Positions 1 through 11,507 of a stretch of DNA of 64,000 nt are shown here, in pieces. The translations under genes were made by a program, and so were the position numbers. The stretch comes from Callorhinchus milii (Eukaryota), in NCBI RefSeq assembly GCF_018977255.1, contig NW_024704743.1, positions 29,576,001 to 29,640,000 on the forward strand, given 5' to 3'. Numbering within the stretch: position 1 is the stretch's first letter; each line of letters starts with the position of its first letter. The notes under the pieces are model-generated. The model saw only the letters and a program-made list of their open reading frames with translations, did not search any database and had not been told where the DNA came from.

Positions 1-853
1 TTCTCTCTCAGGTCTCCCCTCAATCTTTTCTGTTCAAAAAAAATAGGCCCAGTTCTTCTAGTCTCTGCTCAAAGGTCAACTCAAATCATTTGAATTTTAC
101 GTTGAATTACTGGGAAATTTGCAGTATAGTCTCATTCTCATTTCCTTCACATCCCACCGGTTTAATAATGATATTTAAATAATAATAATGTAATTCTTGC
201 AGTTGATACAGTGTCTTATCGAGTTATTGCAACATCTCAAAGCACTTCACAGGATGTCGTGTAAGGTTCAAAAACATTGTGTTCAAAACTTAAATCGATT
301 CCATTTAAAGGTCTGTTGGTGGTTGGTCAATTAGACTTCCCTTAAAACATTGAATATTATTTAAGAGATGGCTCTTTACTACTACAATATTAAAAGTTAT
401 TTGGGGCCTCTTCACTTGTGCTAAACCCAGGCTGAAAATAATATGGAATCAGCAGGCAGTGCAAAACCAGTCTGCCAGCTCGCACCACTTCACTGCAGGC
501 ATTAATTCACTGCAGGCCTCACAAAATATTCTGTAGAGAATTTCTAGGCTGGGAACTGGTGGAACAGTGTCAGGCACCATTTAGGTACTTTTGACGTAAA
601 CAGATACACAAAGAATCACTAACTTAAAACTTGATAATAAATTAACCAAGACCATATACATTTTTGAACTTATAGTGAACTTATAGTGATTATCCTGATC
701 CTTATGTTGCTCTTTCCGTCATATCATATATACACGTTTCCTTATTGTGTCACAGTATGAGTGGGCTAGATGAAGAGACAGGAACAGTAATATGAAGGCT
801 CCAGGGAAGAAAAACTTCCCCACAGTAGATTCAACCAGGGATTCCCCCAACTA

Positions 854-1026
854 CAGTAAACTTCCTGATAACTCATCACTCCAAGGGACTCAGTGGTGAG
901 TTATCAGGAGTGGCGAGTTAGGCATATGTATAAATACATGAATAAATGTGGCCAGGATATTGGCAGCTTAATGATTTAAGTGGTAGTGAAAGGTCCATAC
1001 AGAGTTGAGTTTTTCGGAGTTTATTG
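854..1026. mobile_element. Tc1/mariner (Tigger-like) non-autonomous MITE
   Basis: Left end TA|CAGTAAACTTCCTGATAACTC; right end reverse complement TA|CAATAAACTCCGAAAAACTC. TA flanks both sides (852-853, 1027-1028). Subterminal hairpin at 864-908. Confidence 0.75.
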
Positions 1027-1409
1027 TACTACATTCTAGTTATCAATAAATGGCACAGTTCATTGCTGGTGCTTTAAAATTCCAATAAAACAAGATCAAG
1101 GGTTGAGTCTTATTTGTGAATATAAACTACTTCATATTAAATTTTGGAAAATATCAGTCAAAAGGATAGACGCGACTGTGTGATTTCATACATCATATAA
1201 TGACTTGTAAATCTCACCCCTGAAACACAATTTCTATTATCATGTGGGGAATTATTCTAATTCATTAATTATTAGCAACAGTTGTAATAGAAACACACAC
1301 ACTACACGAAGGAACGGGGAGGAAAGGAAAATAATCTGGCTGGAATCATTGTATATGTGGCTGTCAGGTTTGAATAGCATCAGCTTTGATGTGATGTGCT
1401 CCCAAAGCT

Positions 1410-1640
1410 AACAGCCAAAACTCTAATGGGTAGGGTGGTCCTAGCTGCACAAACAGCAGGAAGCTTGTTCATCAGTGTTCGTAATCGCAACCTACGTGGC
1501 TTCAGCTGATAAAATTTCAGCAGTTCTCGCAGTGCATGCTTGGCTTCCCAAACCATGGCTTTTGCCAACCTGTACCTAATATTTTCTGACATTATGTGAG
1601 CAAGGTATACCCCACTGGAGAGAGAGCAGGCAATCCATTC
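1410..1640. mobile_element. Fragment of the long-TIR non-autonomous DNA-transposon-like family (see 8957-9559)
   Basis: GCCAAAACTCTAATGGGTAGGGTGGTCCTAGCTG...GCCAACCTGTACCTAATA...GGAGAGAGAGCA is colinear with 9305-9480, 57010-57210 and 61385-61600. Confidence 0.6.
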
Positions 1641-1659
1641 TGGACTTAGAAACATTTGA

Positions 1660-1832
1660 CTGAGATTTCAAAACTGAGATTGATAGATTTTTACAAACTA
1701 AAGGGATTAAGGGATACGGAGACAGGGTGGGTAAATGAAATTAGGTTAGAAGATCAGCCATGATCTTATTAAATGGTGGGGCAGGCTCGAGGGGCCGAAT
1801 GGCCTACTCCTGCTCCTACTTCTTATGTTCTT
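1660..1832 (+). mobile_element. CR1-clade LINE 3' end
   Basis: GAGATTGATAGATTTTT...AAGGGATTAAGGGATACGG...GGGGCCGAATGGCCTACTCCTGCTCCTACTTCTTATGTTCTTA; same family in reverse at 7793-8060. Confidence 0.85.
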
Positions 1833-2442
1833 ATTTACATGCTTATTTCCAACTCTCAAGAGTAACTCTTCAGATGCACCATATAAAGAAATGCATATAG
1901 CACACCCATCCCTTAAAAGATATAAACTACCATTGACGTTATGGATTACATAAATCTTCAATTTCATGAAATGTGGCAGGGAGATATCCAGGAGTCACCT
2001 GAGCACCAAGTGATCTCAAGTTGTTACTTTTTTGCTGTATTGATGATGGGCCTTGGCTTTTTAAAACATTGTAAACAAGGAAATACTGGATACTCAAAGT
2101 GGATGTTGGATCCTTCCATACTTACTTGATGTGTTGGCAATCGTGCATACAGGAAACAAATGAGGAGAAGGTACAGGAGCACAACACAAGCTCAAGTGCT
2201 GCCTTTACAAAGGGAAGATTTGGAGAGAGAGGGATCCCTGGGGTGCTATTCTTGTGTAGACATCTTCAGAGCAGCATTGGTAGAGGCTAGGGAGCAGATT
2301 ACCCATCTCATATCCAGGGATGGCCTGCAGTCTGCAGAGACCTGGGCAAGAGGCAAGTGGAAATATTTTCAAAAGTTTTATCTATTAATAAGTCAGCTTC
2401 TTGTCAGCTTGTTTGATGGACATCAAGGGATGAATGAGCGCA

Positions 2443-2772
2443 AATAATAATAATAATAATAATCCTTGCATTTGATATAGTGCTTTTCACGTTTTCTAGA
2501 CGGCCCAAAGCGCTTCACAGAACACACTGTAAAGTGAATTGACTGTATATTTGTGGGCGAACGCGGCAGCCAATTGCGCACAGCAATGTCCTACAAACAG
2601 TCATAGATTGAAAATGACCAAATTATTATTGTTTTTTTGTTTTTTTGGAGGGATTATTATTAGGCTCTGTGTGGAGTAAGGAAACTTGCCCAAGGTTTCG
2701 CCCCTGCCTGGAATTGAACTCAGGTTTCTCGCTTGCAAAGCGAGTGCTCTAACCACTGAGCTACAGGACTCC
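2443..2772 (-). mobile_element. tRNA-Ala-derived SINE, short (young) form, full length
   Basis: Minus strand starts GGAGTCCTGTAGCTCAGTGGTTAGAGCACTCGCTTTGCAAGCGAG (A box, D arm, TGC anticodon arm), has B box GAGTTCAATTCC, and ends with the L2-like stem-loop and (TTA)n. Very similar to 28178-28503 and 43469-43797. Confidence 0.95.
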
Positions 2773-2884
2773 AAATGTCCTGCAGCTGAATGTCAACAAA
2801 GTTTTGTTGTTGTATAACAGCATTATGCACAATAAACAAGCAGAACTATTCTAGCAGCTTGACTATTATCATACTCCTCTTACT

Positions 2885-3262
2885 TACACTAATTTATCAC
2901 ATCAAAATGTCTCAGAATGCTTCACACTGAGTTACCTTGAAAATGTATGTCTGTTATTCTGGCAAATGCAGCTGCCAATCTGTATCAGCAAAGTCCCACC
3001 AGCAGCAATGAATGACCAAATGTAATCTATTCATGAAAGGCAAAATTACTTTTATTTATAATCTATTCATGGTGAAATAGAACTTGGAAGGAATATTGGT
3101 GAAGACTCCTGGAGAACTCTCCTTTCCTCTTCAATACATCACTGTGAAAGCTTTAATGTCCCAGAAACATCAGTTAGTTCCTTGGTTTCACATTTCATAT
3201 GAAGAGCAGCACCTCAAAGTATATGCAGTACTTCTTCAGGATTAATGTGAAGGAGTACTGTA
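2885..3262 (-). mobile_element. Old Deu-domain SINE, decayed
   Basis: GCAAATGCAGCTGCCAATCTG...CAGCAAAGTCCCACCAGCAGCAATG and CCTTGGTTTCACATTTCATATGAAGAGCAGCACCTC correspond to the copies at 22970-23365 and 37950-38345. Confidence 0.6.
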
Positions 3263-3267
3263 TTTAC

Positions 3268-3397
3268 TCGTTGCAAGGAGAGACTGAGTTCAATTCCAGG
3301 CAGGGCGAAACCTTGGGCAAGTTTCCTTACTCCACACACAGCCTAATAATAATCCCTCCAAAACCAAAAACAATAATAAATTGGTCATTTTCAATCT
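3268..3397 (+). mobile_element. tRNA-Ala SINE short form, 5' half
   Basis: GAGACTGAGTTCAATTCCAGGCAGGGCGAAACCTTGGGCAAGTTTCCTTACTCCACAC...TAATAATAATCCCTCCAAAACC...TTGGTCATTTTCAATCT. Confidence 0.9.
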
Positions 3398-3413
3398 AAT
3401 GTTTGTAATTTTA

Positions 3414-3520
3414 TAATAATAATCTTTGCATTTAATATAGCGCCTTATCATGTCTTCTAGATGTCTTAAAACACTTCACAGAATACACTGTAAAGTGAAT
3501 TGACGATATTTTGTGGGTGA
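3414..3520 (-). mobile_element. SINE 3' tail fragment
   Basis: (TAA)n-CTTTGCATTTAATATAGCGCCTTATCATGTCTTCTAGATGTC...CACAGAATACACTGTAAAGTGAATTGAC. Confidence 0.85.
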
Positions 3521-6139
3521 TAATTTTAGATTATCACCTCAAGTCCTGATGAAGGATTCAAACTCACAATAAAAATAATTATCGTTTACAGTTGGTAAAG
3601 TGCCTTCATGTCAGGAGGACGTCCAAAATGTTGCACAGGATTTATTGTAAAGTACAGTGACTTTGTATTTTGAGAGAAGTTGCGCATAGATAGCTATGAA
3701 ATACCCAAGCTTTTAACTTAGTACTGCCAAATTAGCCAAATTGACGATATTCAATTATTGTCAACTACCCTGTTTTCTCCTCCCACTCCCCCCAATATTT
3801 TCAATGGTAGAATAATCAAGTTTCTTTCCCACTCACATTCCAAACAGGCGAGAAATTAAATAAAAAGTCTGTTTTAATTTTTTTTTAAAAACGTGAAATT
3901 ATAAACTTGTAAAAGTGAAGCAATTCTAGAAATGCTGGCCTGCAAATTGAAAGAATCTGCACAGTACATAGGACAGTTTTGAGGCACGGATACAGTAGGC
4001 CAAATGGCTTCTTTCCGTGCAGACAAATTCTGCATTGCTATATCAGAGAGAAAAGAATTTGTAAGGAATGAAAAATCTGATTGTGTTAGTGTCTAACAGC
4101 AGTCGATGGAAGCCAAGGACAAGGGGAGAAAAAAAATCTTTAAAGTAGATACACAGTTACACAGTTTGTTTAAACCCATTCTAAAGAGGGGCAGAAAATA
4201 ATAATGGAAATTTTACGAGCTTCCTCCTCCACTGATATGTCCTCCTACACCGCATAATCTGCGCATTTGAAGAGCTAATCACCATTGGCTGCAGGAAGCT
4301 CACTGGCCAGTCAATGTGGAAATGACTCATTATTTGGTTTTCATCAGATATCATTGTCATCGGAGATATATTTAAAAATGAGACATTTCAGGAATACATA
4401 TCTTTATCTCTGTTTTTAAATGTGTTGGTGGGGGGGAGGGGGGAAACAACATATTTCAATGTTTCACAAATTTTCCGGCACATAATGTTTATATTAGGAT
4501 TGGCAAAATACAGAAGCTTTTCTTGGATATAACCTTTCCTGTTGTCCAACACTGTCGAATAAATAGCTGCTTTGAAGCAATACAGTTTAAAGCAACGCCA
4601 TCTTCAGGGCATGTCGGCACATTGGAGGGTCAAGTGAACCAAATGGCCACTGCTGAAGGATTGTTTCAAGGAATTAATATCTGGAACAAGCAACGTTTCA
4701 GGAATCTCAACACATCCCAGAACTAGTAAACTCAACCAATTCTTTAATATACTGCATTAATTCTTCGACCCATGGCTTTCTGTGACACTACTGCATGCAA
4801 ATTGGCTGCCACGTTCACCCAGAAAATACATAGTCACTTTACAGTAAATCCTGTGAAGCATCTTTGATATGATTAGACAAAATGCCAAATGAAAGACTTA
4901 TTATTTAAAATACAGGCAGAGAAAGAATCCGTGCTTCATGACAATGGGCAAAGCACTGTGATGTTTCAGTGATGTTACGGGGGGAAAAATACCTTAGAAT
5001 CAAGCAGGAAAGTAAATTATCGAAAGTTATAAAACAACAAATTACATTTGAAAACACCTTTCACGTAAAGAAGGCGTGAAAGGCATATACCACATGGAAT
5101 CCCACAAAATAATAGAAGCATTATTTTAACAATTTGTACTTAGTGACTATTAAAAGTGATGATGACTATTAACATTTTCAGCCCTCATTTCAGTTTTTAA
5201 AATAATGTCAGAACATATGTACAGATAAGTTAAACATATACCTCAGAGTCCCTTACCTCACTCAGCACTGTATAACTAGAGCTGATGGAAACTTGTTTTG
5301 GTTTCTGATTGTTTTGACAGGTAACAACGGTGGTTAGATTTTAACTTTTTAAAAACACTACTGTGGTATTTAATGACAATCTTCACACTCGGGAGAAGTT
5401 AAAACAGACAAATCAACAGTCTCAGATAGTCGTTGTTGGAAAATATTTTTCAAATATTTTAAAATGACACATTTCAGGAATACATACAACAACAGCAACA
5501 AATTACATTTGTATAGTGGCTTTTACACCCGAAAGCGCTGGACTTCAGTAAAAGTGCATGTTTCAGACACCTGTTGATGACTCACTCTCAGTACAAGTGC
5601 TTGTTTTAGGTTCCATCCCCTCATATACCTTTGATCCCCACCACACTGTTTCTAAGACTCCAGCTGGGTTTTAAGTAACTTATATTCTCAATTAATTCTC
5701 TGCCTTCCTGCATCATAATTTTTAAAAAAACTGAAAATTTATTGCCAGGTTGTGAAACATTGCAATATCGATATTTATTGATTTCTATGGAATCTAGGCA
5801 AGCCTACTTGTAAGTCACCAGATGAAGGAAGCACAATTGTTGAATAGTTTTGAAATAATTTATTAAATCATGTGATCTTGAGGTAATATGTTTCATCCAG
5901 TGAGTCAGCCCCTCCTGAATGCACCCCTCCCCTGGGTCATCTCTCCTCAGTAGAAGCATTCGCCTGGGTCACTCCTGCCTTTGGGGGCATGTGAGACAAA
6001 AAATACCAGGGGTTAAAATTCCACCCAGGTCTAGATTTACACTATCAATCCAGCATTTCCGAGTGTGCAGAATTTGGCAAATTGTTGAACTCAGTAAACT
6101 TTTAGATTCATTATTAATTTTGAAGCACAATTTCTGTTT

Positions 6140-7132
6140 GCAGACATGGGGTCAACTTCCACATCCATGCGGATGACACCCAACTCTACCTCTCTGCCTC
6201 CACCCTTGACTCCAGGACCACTGCTGTGCTGACAGCATGTCTGTCAGAATCAAGTCCTGGATGAGAGCTAACTTTCTTCAGTCGAATGTCATCAAGACCG
6301 AGGCCCTCCTGATTGGTTCCTGTCAGCGCCTCTTCACCTGAGGCGCTGACAGCATCACCATCCGTGGTTGCACACTCCACCTTGCTAAGCCAGTCTGGAA
6401 CATTGGGGTCTTGTTTGACCCTCAACCATCCTTTCTACCCCACATCTGCGCCATGACCCGGTCTGCCTTCCCCCACCTCTGCAACACGACACTATCTCAC
6501 TCCCAAGGCCGCCGAAACCCTCATACATGCTTTTATTACATCGAGGCTCGACTATGCAAACTCACTGCTTGTCGGCCTCCCCAACTCCTCCCTCCACAGG
6601 CTGCAGATCATCCAGAACTCTGCAGCCCATGTCCTCTCCCACACTAGGCTCTGCAACCCTATCACCCCCATCCTTGCCTATCTCCACTGGCTTCCCATCA
6701 CACAGAGGATACAGTTCAAGATCCTGGTCCTTCCATTCAAAGCCCTCCATGGTCTTGCTCCCCCCTACCTCTCCGACCACCTAACCCCCTACCACCCTGT
6801 TCATTCCCTCTGTTCAGCGGGCTCCAGCCTGCTTCACGTCACCCCCTTGTTCACCCCACTATTGGCGGGCGGGCCTTCCGCCACTCGGCACTCACCCTCT
6901 GGAACTCCATCCTATAGTCACTCCGTCTCGCCAACGTCAAGACCCACCTCAAGATCCTTCTCTTCGACCGTGCTTTCAATCTCCCTGCTTCCCCCCCTAC
7001 AGTCCACCCTCCCCGATCCCGACCCCCAGCTCGGGTAGGTAACTCTATCTGTCCAGTGCCTTGGGAGTGGACAGATAGAGTTACCTTCCAATGTGAAAGG
7101 CGCTATAGAAATGTAATTTTGTTCTTGTTCTT
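6140..7132 (+). mobile_element. L2-clade LINE, 5'-truncated (RT C-terminal half to 3' tail), decayed
   Basis: Reads [18 protein letters not shown] (YADD-equivalent), then RLDYANSLL, HRLQIIQNSAA, LHWLPI with frameshifts. Tail GTGAAAGGCGCTATAGAAATG followed by TTGTTC repeats. Confidence 0.92.
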
Positions 7133-7792
7133 GAGATATGTCTTAAAATAGCTTACAGAATAGAGACTTCAAAATTAAATCCTGTATTCAACAACTTGTC
7201 AAATTCTGGATGCTCTAAACAGCTATGTCAACGGAATAAATTGAGAACCAAGGTAATGTGTTACTGCAGCTCCCCTTGTGCACTTCTAGTGGGACACCAT
7301 GTTTCAGCGCACACACTCCCCTCTACACTGCCAGTGAAATATCACGTTTCAAAGCACCATTTGCTTAACTATCAACATATTATCTGGTTGAGTGACTCAA
7401 CCTTCTGAATGTCATCTTAAAAAACAAGTCAACTTTTAAGTTGGCTGTTTCAAGGAAAAAACCAAACGGAAAAACAATATTTAGATGCAGTTTAAAGCCA
7501 ATTAATTTCACTGAGGTCTATCACAATTCCAGAATAGATGTCCGCATGGCAGAGACACGGATAAACAGTCATCTTTTGTTTTGATAGCTGAAGTAAGAAT
7601 TAAGATAAAATGGCTATTTTGGGTAAAACAAATCAAACTCAAATGTTCAAATAACAAAGATGGAAGAAAGAGAAGGAAGACAGGACAGGGACAAAATGAA
7701 AAAATAAGCAGGGCAAAGTGACATCTTCAAGTTTATTTTTTTATTGAATAAAACATTAATAACCTCCTGATGTAACATTATTACTGTAATAT

Positions 7793-8060
7793 CATAACAT
7801 AACATGTAGGAGCAGGAGTAGGCCATTCGGCCCTTCGAGCCTGCCCCGCCATTCAATCATGGCTGATCTTCTAATTTAACTCCAGCTAATAACCAGACCC
7901 TGCCTTATCCCCATATCCCTTAATCCCTTTTGCAATAAGAAATATATCTATCTCAGTCTTGAATATGTTCAAGGACTGAGCATCAACAGCCCTTTGGGGT
8001 AGCAAGTTCCATACATTCACCACCCTTTGAGTGAAGAAGTTCTTCCTCAACTCAGTGCAA
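7793..8060 (-). mobile_element. CR1-clade LINE 3' end
   Basis: CATAACATAACATGTAGGAGCAGGAGTAGGCCATTCGGCCCTTCGAGCCTGC...GAGTGAAGAAGTTCTTCCTC; reverse counterpart of 1660-1832. Confidence 0.88.
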
Positions 8061-8107
8061 AAGCGCTTAATATTTAGAGGAATCGTTCTGTTTCACTCTG
8101 CATACAT

Positions 8108-8233
8108 GAGGACAAAGGGAATAGAGGGGTATAGGATCTATGAGGTGTGGAGGCTCATATGGAGTATAAATACTGACACAGACTAGTTGGGCTGAAAAGC
8201 CTGTTTCCATGCTGTAATATTCTATGTAATTCT
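8108..8233 (+). mobile_element. CR1-clade LINE 3' tail (second tail family)
   Basis: GGAGGCTCATATGGAGTATAAATACTGACACAGACTAGTTGGGCTGAAAAGCCTGTTTCCATGCTGTAATATTCTATG; related copy at about 30985-31170. Confidence 0.7.
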
Positions 8234-8409
8234 AGCTTCAAGCTTAAATCTTAAGAAGACTGGACCATGAGAATGGCATTCACAGAAGGTTTAGGTATTC
8301 GTACAATACAGTTATCAAAACATTTCACTTAGAGCTTCCCTGATGGCCAATGGCTAAATATGGCATTCAGCCATATAGCCTAAATGCAAGGGCATTTGAA
8401 CATGTTCGC

Positions 8410-8575
8410 AGAATCATAGAATTATACAGCACAGAAGGAGGTCATTTGGCCCATTGTGTCTGTTCCGGCTCTTTGAAAAGAACTACCCAAATCAATCCCG
8501 CTCCCCCGCTCTCTCCGCTGAGCCCTGCAAACTTGTCCATCCAAAATAATTATCTACTTCTCTCTTAAAAGTTGT
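8410..8575 (-). mobile_element. CR1-clade LINE 3' tail
   Basis: AGAATCATAGAATTATACAGCACAGAAGGAGGTCATTTGGCCCATTGTG; very similar to 33228-33400. Confidence 0.85.
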
Positions 8576-8714
8576 TCAAATCCCAGTCTGTACTGAGTTA
8601 GCTGATCTGAGCTTGGGCAGCAATGGGGATGCTGAAATTGGCCTCTCTCTGGGTTTGGGAGGGGAAGAGCTGGGGTATCTTCTCCTTGTTGTTATAATGT
8701 ACTAGCATGGCACA

Positions 8715-8945
8715 GATGGAGTTCAAGCCCCATGTTAGACTTTGAGCTCCTAGTCTAGGCTGACATTACAGTACAATGAAAATGGGAGGGCTGCATTGTC
8801 AGATGTGCCGTCCTTCAGATGACATACTGAAATCAAATTCCTGTCTGCATGTTTAGGTGGATATTAGGTGGATATTGAAGATCGATTGGAAAAGAGAAGG
8901 GAATTTGTTCCAATGTGCTAGCCAACAATCCTCCAGATAAATGTA
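8715..8945 (+). mobile_element. Deu-domain SINE fragment
   Basis: GAGTTCAAGCCCCA...CTAGGCTGACATTACAGTAC...GCTGCATTGTCAGATGTGCCGTCCTTCAGATGA...GTCTGCATGTTTAGGTGGA; matches the other Deu-type copies. Confidence 0.7.
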
Positions 8946-8956
8946 GTCTTTTTTGG

Positions 8957-9559
8957 GGGTCAGCTGTATGTTCTGACACATGCAGAAACCCATCACCAAC
9001 CAAAGAGTTCCATGCATTCTACCTTTCTGTAGAAATTCCCAAGATATTTATTAGAGTCGAATATGCATCCTGCTTACCTAATACTGGAGAGTTTTAGTGT
9101 AGGTTGACAAGAGCCAAGGTAAAATCCAGCTAACCTTCTGTGGCAGTCTTGGTAACCCAGTTCCTGAGCCAAGCGGGTCTGCAATACTCAAGGGCACCAC
9201 TAATGACAGCCCAGCCAGCCAGCCTGGTTCATTGGCAGGATTTCTAAGGGCCGATCAGTCACTGGCGGTTAGGGATTCTTGCTACTCAGCTCCTGTTAAC
9301 CCTGCAAGTCAAAGTCCTACAAATAGTGTGGTCCTAGCTGGACAAGCAGTGGGAAAGCTTGCTTTCAATTCAGTTTTAGCTGGTTAGACTCTAGTAGTAC
9401 TTCAGTACACAGGGTCCCCAAGCCTTGGTTCTTGCCATCCTGCCACCTAATACTTTCCTGGATTAGGAAAGCAGGGGAGCACATTCTATTCTAGTTGCTG
9501 TTGTGGATACTCCTAAGCATAATGATGGGTTTTCAAATATGTCAGACACCTGGCTGACC
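8957..9559. mobile_element. Long-TIR non-autonomous DNA-transposon-like element (MITE/foldback) with both ends present
   Basis: Left GGTCAGCTGTATGTTCTGACACATGCAGAAACCCATCA vs right reverse complement GGTCAGCCAGGTGTCTGACATATTTGAAAACCCATCA. Inner arms 9059-9120 and 9423-9486 are also inverted copies. Confidence 0.75.
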
Positions 9560-9577
9560 AAAAAACTATTTTAGAGC

Positions 9578-9770
9578 CTATCACCCCCATCCTCGCCCAG
9601 TTCCACATCCCAAGCCAATCAAGTTTAAGATCCTTGTTCTCACCTTTAAATCCCTCCGTAGTCTAACCCTACTTGTGCAATCTCACCAATCCATCCAGTA
9701 CTACTAAGCACTTTGGAATGCCCTCCTGATGAGAAAGCCACTATATAAATATAAATTTGTATTGTATTAT
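9578..9770 (+). mobile_element. Old L2 3' fragment
   Basis: CTATCACCCCCATCCTCGCCCAG...AAGTTTAAGATCCTTGTTCTCACCTTTAAATCCCTCC, followed by a degenerate tail stem-loop. Confidence 0.65.
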
Positions 9771-10539
9771 GTATTTATTTAAAATAATAATCCTGATATT
9801 TGATCCAACTGTTTTCACGTCAGGAAGACATCTCAAATCAATTCACAGAATTTAGTGTGAAGACTAGCGACTATGCTTTTGTAGGCGAACATGGCAGCCA
9901 ATTTGATCCATCATAAAACACCTTAGCATAAAAATTAGTTCATAAATTCCACAGACTGACTGATTTCCCATTCGTACCACATTGGAAAGTGAGCTATATA
10001 TAATATATTTGTCATTGTTATCTTAAGTAGCTGTTTTTGGTAAGGGCTGGAGGAAGAGAGAAGGGTAGGTTATTGGCGCCTGTACTCCTGAAGCTCACAT
10101 TCCAGATCTTGCTGGACTATAGGAACTAAAATTCACGATGACCTTTCTGGAAATGTGTCTGCATTGCCCACAGTCTCCCTTCTTGTTGTTCGGGGCATGT
10201 ATCATTAAAGAAAAATGCTACAAATCTCAGATATTCTAGGCAGCAACGCTGATGTCTGGCCTTCATGGGAAACATTTAAACACCACAATTATTGTGAACT
10301 ATTAACTTTTTTTTGGTCTGCACTATTTGTCCTGGCAACAGTGTCAGTTTTATTAGCCAGGGAGTGAAAGGGTTCCACTACAGATAAGAGAAGCATTATC
10401 TATCATTTTGTCTGAGGTAGGAAAACACAACCAAAGGCATTACACTACACATTATACTGCACATTACACATTATGCTGTGGCACATTCTAAACTACGAGG
10501 GGTGAATTCAAAAGAGCTTTAAAAAACAAGTGTCTATCT

Positions 10540-10566
10540 CACACACACACACACACACACACACAC
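10540..10566. repeat. (CA)n microsatellite
   Basis: About 13 perfect CA units. Confidence 0.95.
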
Positions 10567-11309
10567 GAGCCAAATCCTTCTGTGGGATCAAAGAGTAATG
10601 GGACTGCTAGATCAGACGAGAAGTTCACCACTGCAAATGTCTCTGAACTATATTTTCCTTAGGCTCCAAAGCAGATTTTCCTCCCAATACCACTGCTGAG
10701 CGCATACCGATATTCAATGAGACCTGAAAGGACTTACCACTAAGCTGCTGTGTCCCTCTGTATCTGTTACAGTCTCAAATAACTTATGTATTCATTCTTC
10801 TTCCTCTTATTTCCCCCCTCCTCTTTCCTCTCCCAGTTTGGTTCGAAAATATGCCTCCTTGGAGGTAATACAAAATCAAATGCTGGCAGTAATTCTGACA
10901 GTTCTGAGTTATGTCCGACGTGTTAAAGATAAAGTGAACAATGCTTTCTATACAAAGCTACGGTTAAGTGGAGCTTGAGAGCAGCAGGAGCATTGCTCTG
11001 AGGCGATACTGTACAACAACAGCGGCAGTGATTTTGGTACTGATGGGAGTCGAACATGTGCGTTTTCTAATGGGGTTTGTTAACATGGAATCCACTAGAA
11101 ATACCATTGATCCTGATCCAGAGGTAAATGGTGTCCGAGGTAGTCAGCAGGAAGCATATCCAGTCACTGTTAGGAGACCCTGTTTCTGTTTCTTGACCTA
11201 CTTATTGAATCCCACGTTTTAGACTTTGATATTTCCAATCTGGATTCACAATCAGCGACTTGGAATGGCAAGCAGACTTTCCTGCTGGTAACCCACCGTG
11301 CTTCTACAG

Positions 11310-11505
11310 ACTTGCTCAATGGTTAGAGCACTTGCCTGGATTCGATTCCCGGCAGGGCAAAACGTTGGGCATATTTCCTTACCCCAAACGCATCTGTTTA
11401 CCTAGCAGTAAGCAGGAACCCGGTTGTTAGTCGATTGGTGAATTACTTTTCCGGGAGTATAATTCCTTCAAAAAAAATAATAATCATAAATTGGTCACTC
11501 CAATC
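11310..11505 (+). mobile_element. tRNA-Ala SINE long form, 5' half (split by CR1 insertion)
   Basis: GCTCAATGGTTAGAGCA...GGATTCGATTCCCGG...CTGTTTACCTAGCAGTAAGCAGGAACCCGGTTGTTAG...AAATTGGTCACTCCAATC; resumes at 12628. Confidence 0.88.
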
Positions 11506-11507
11506 AA

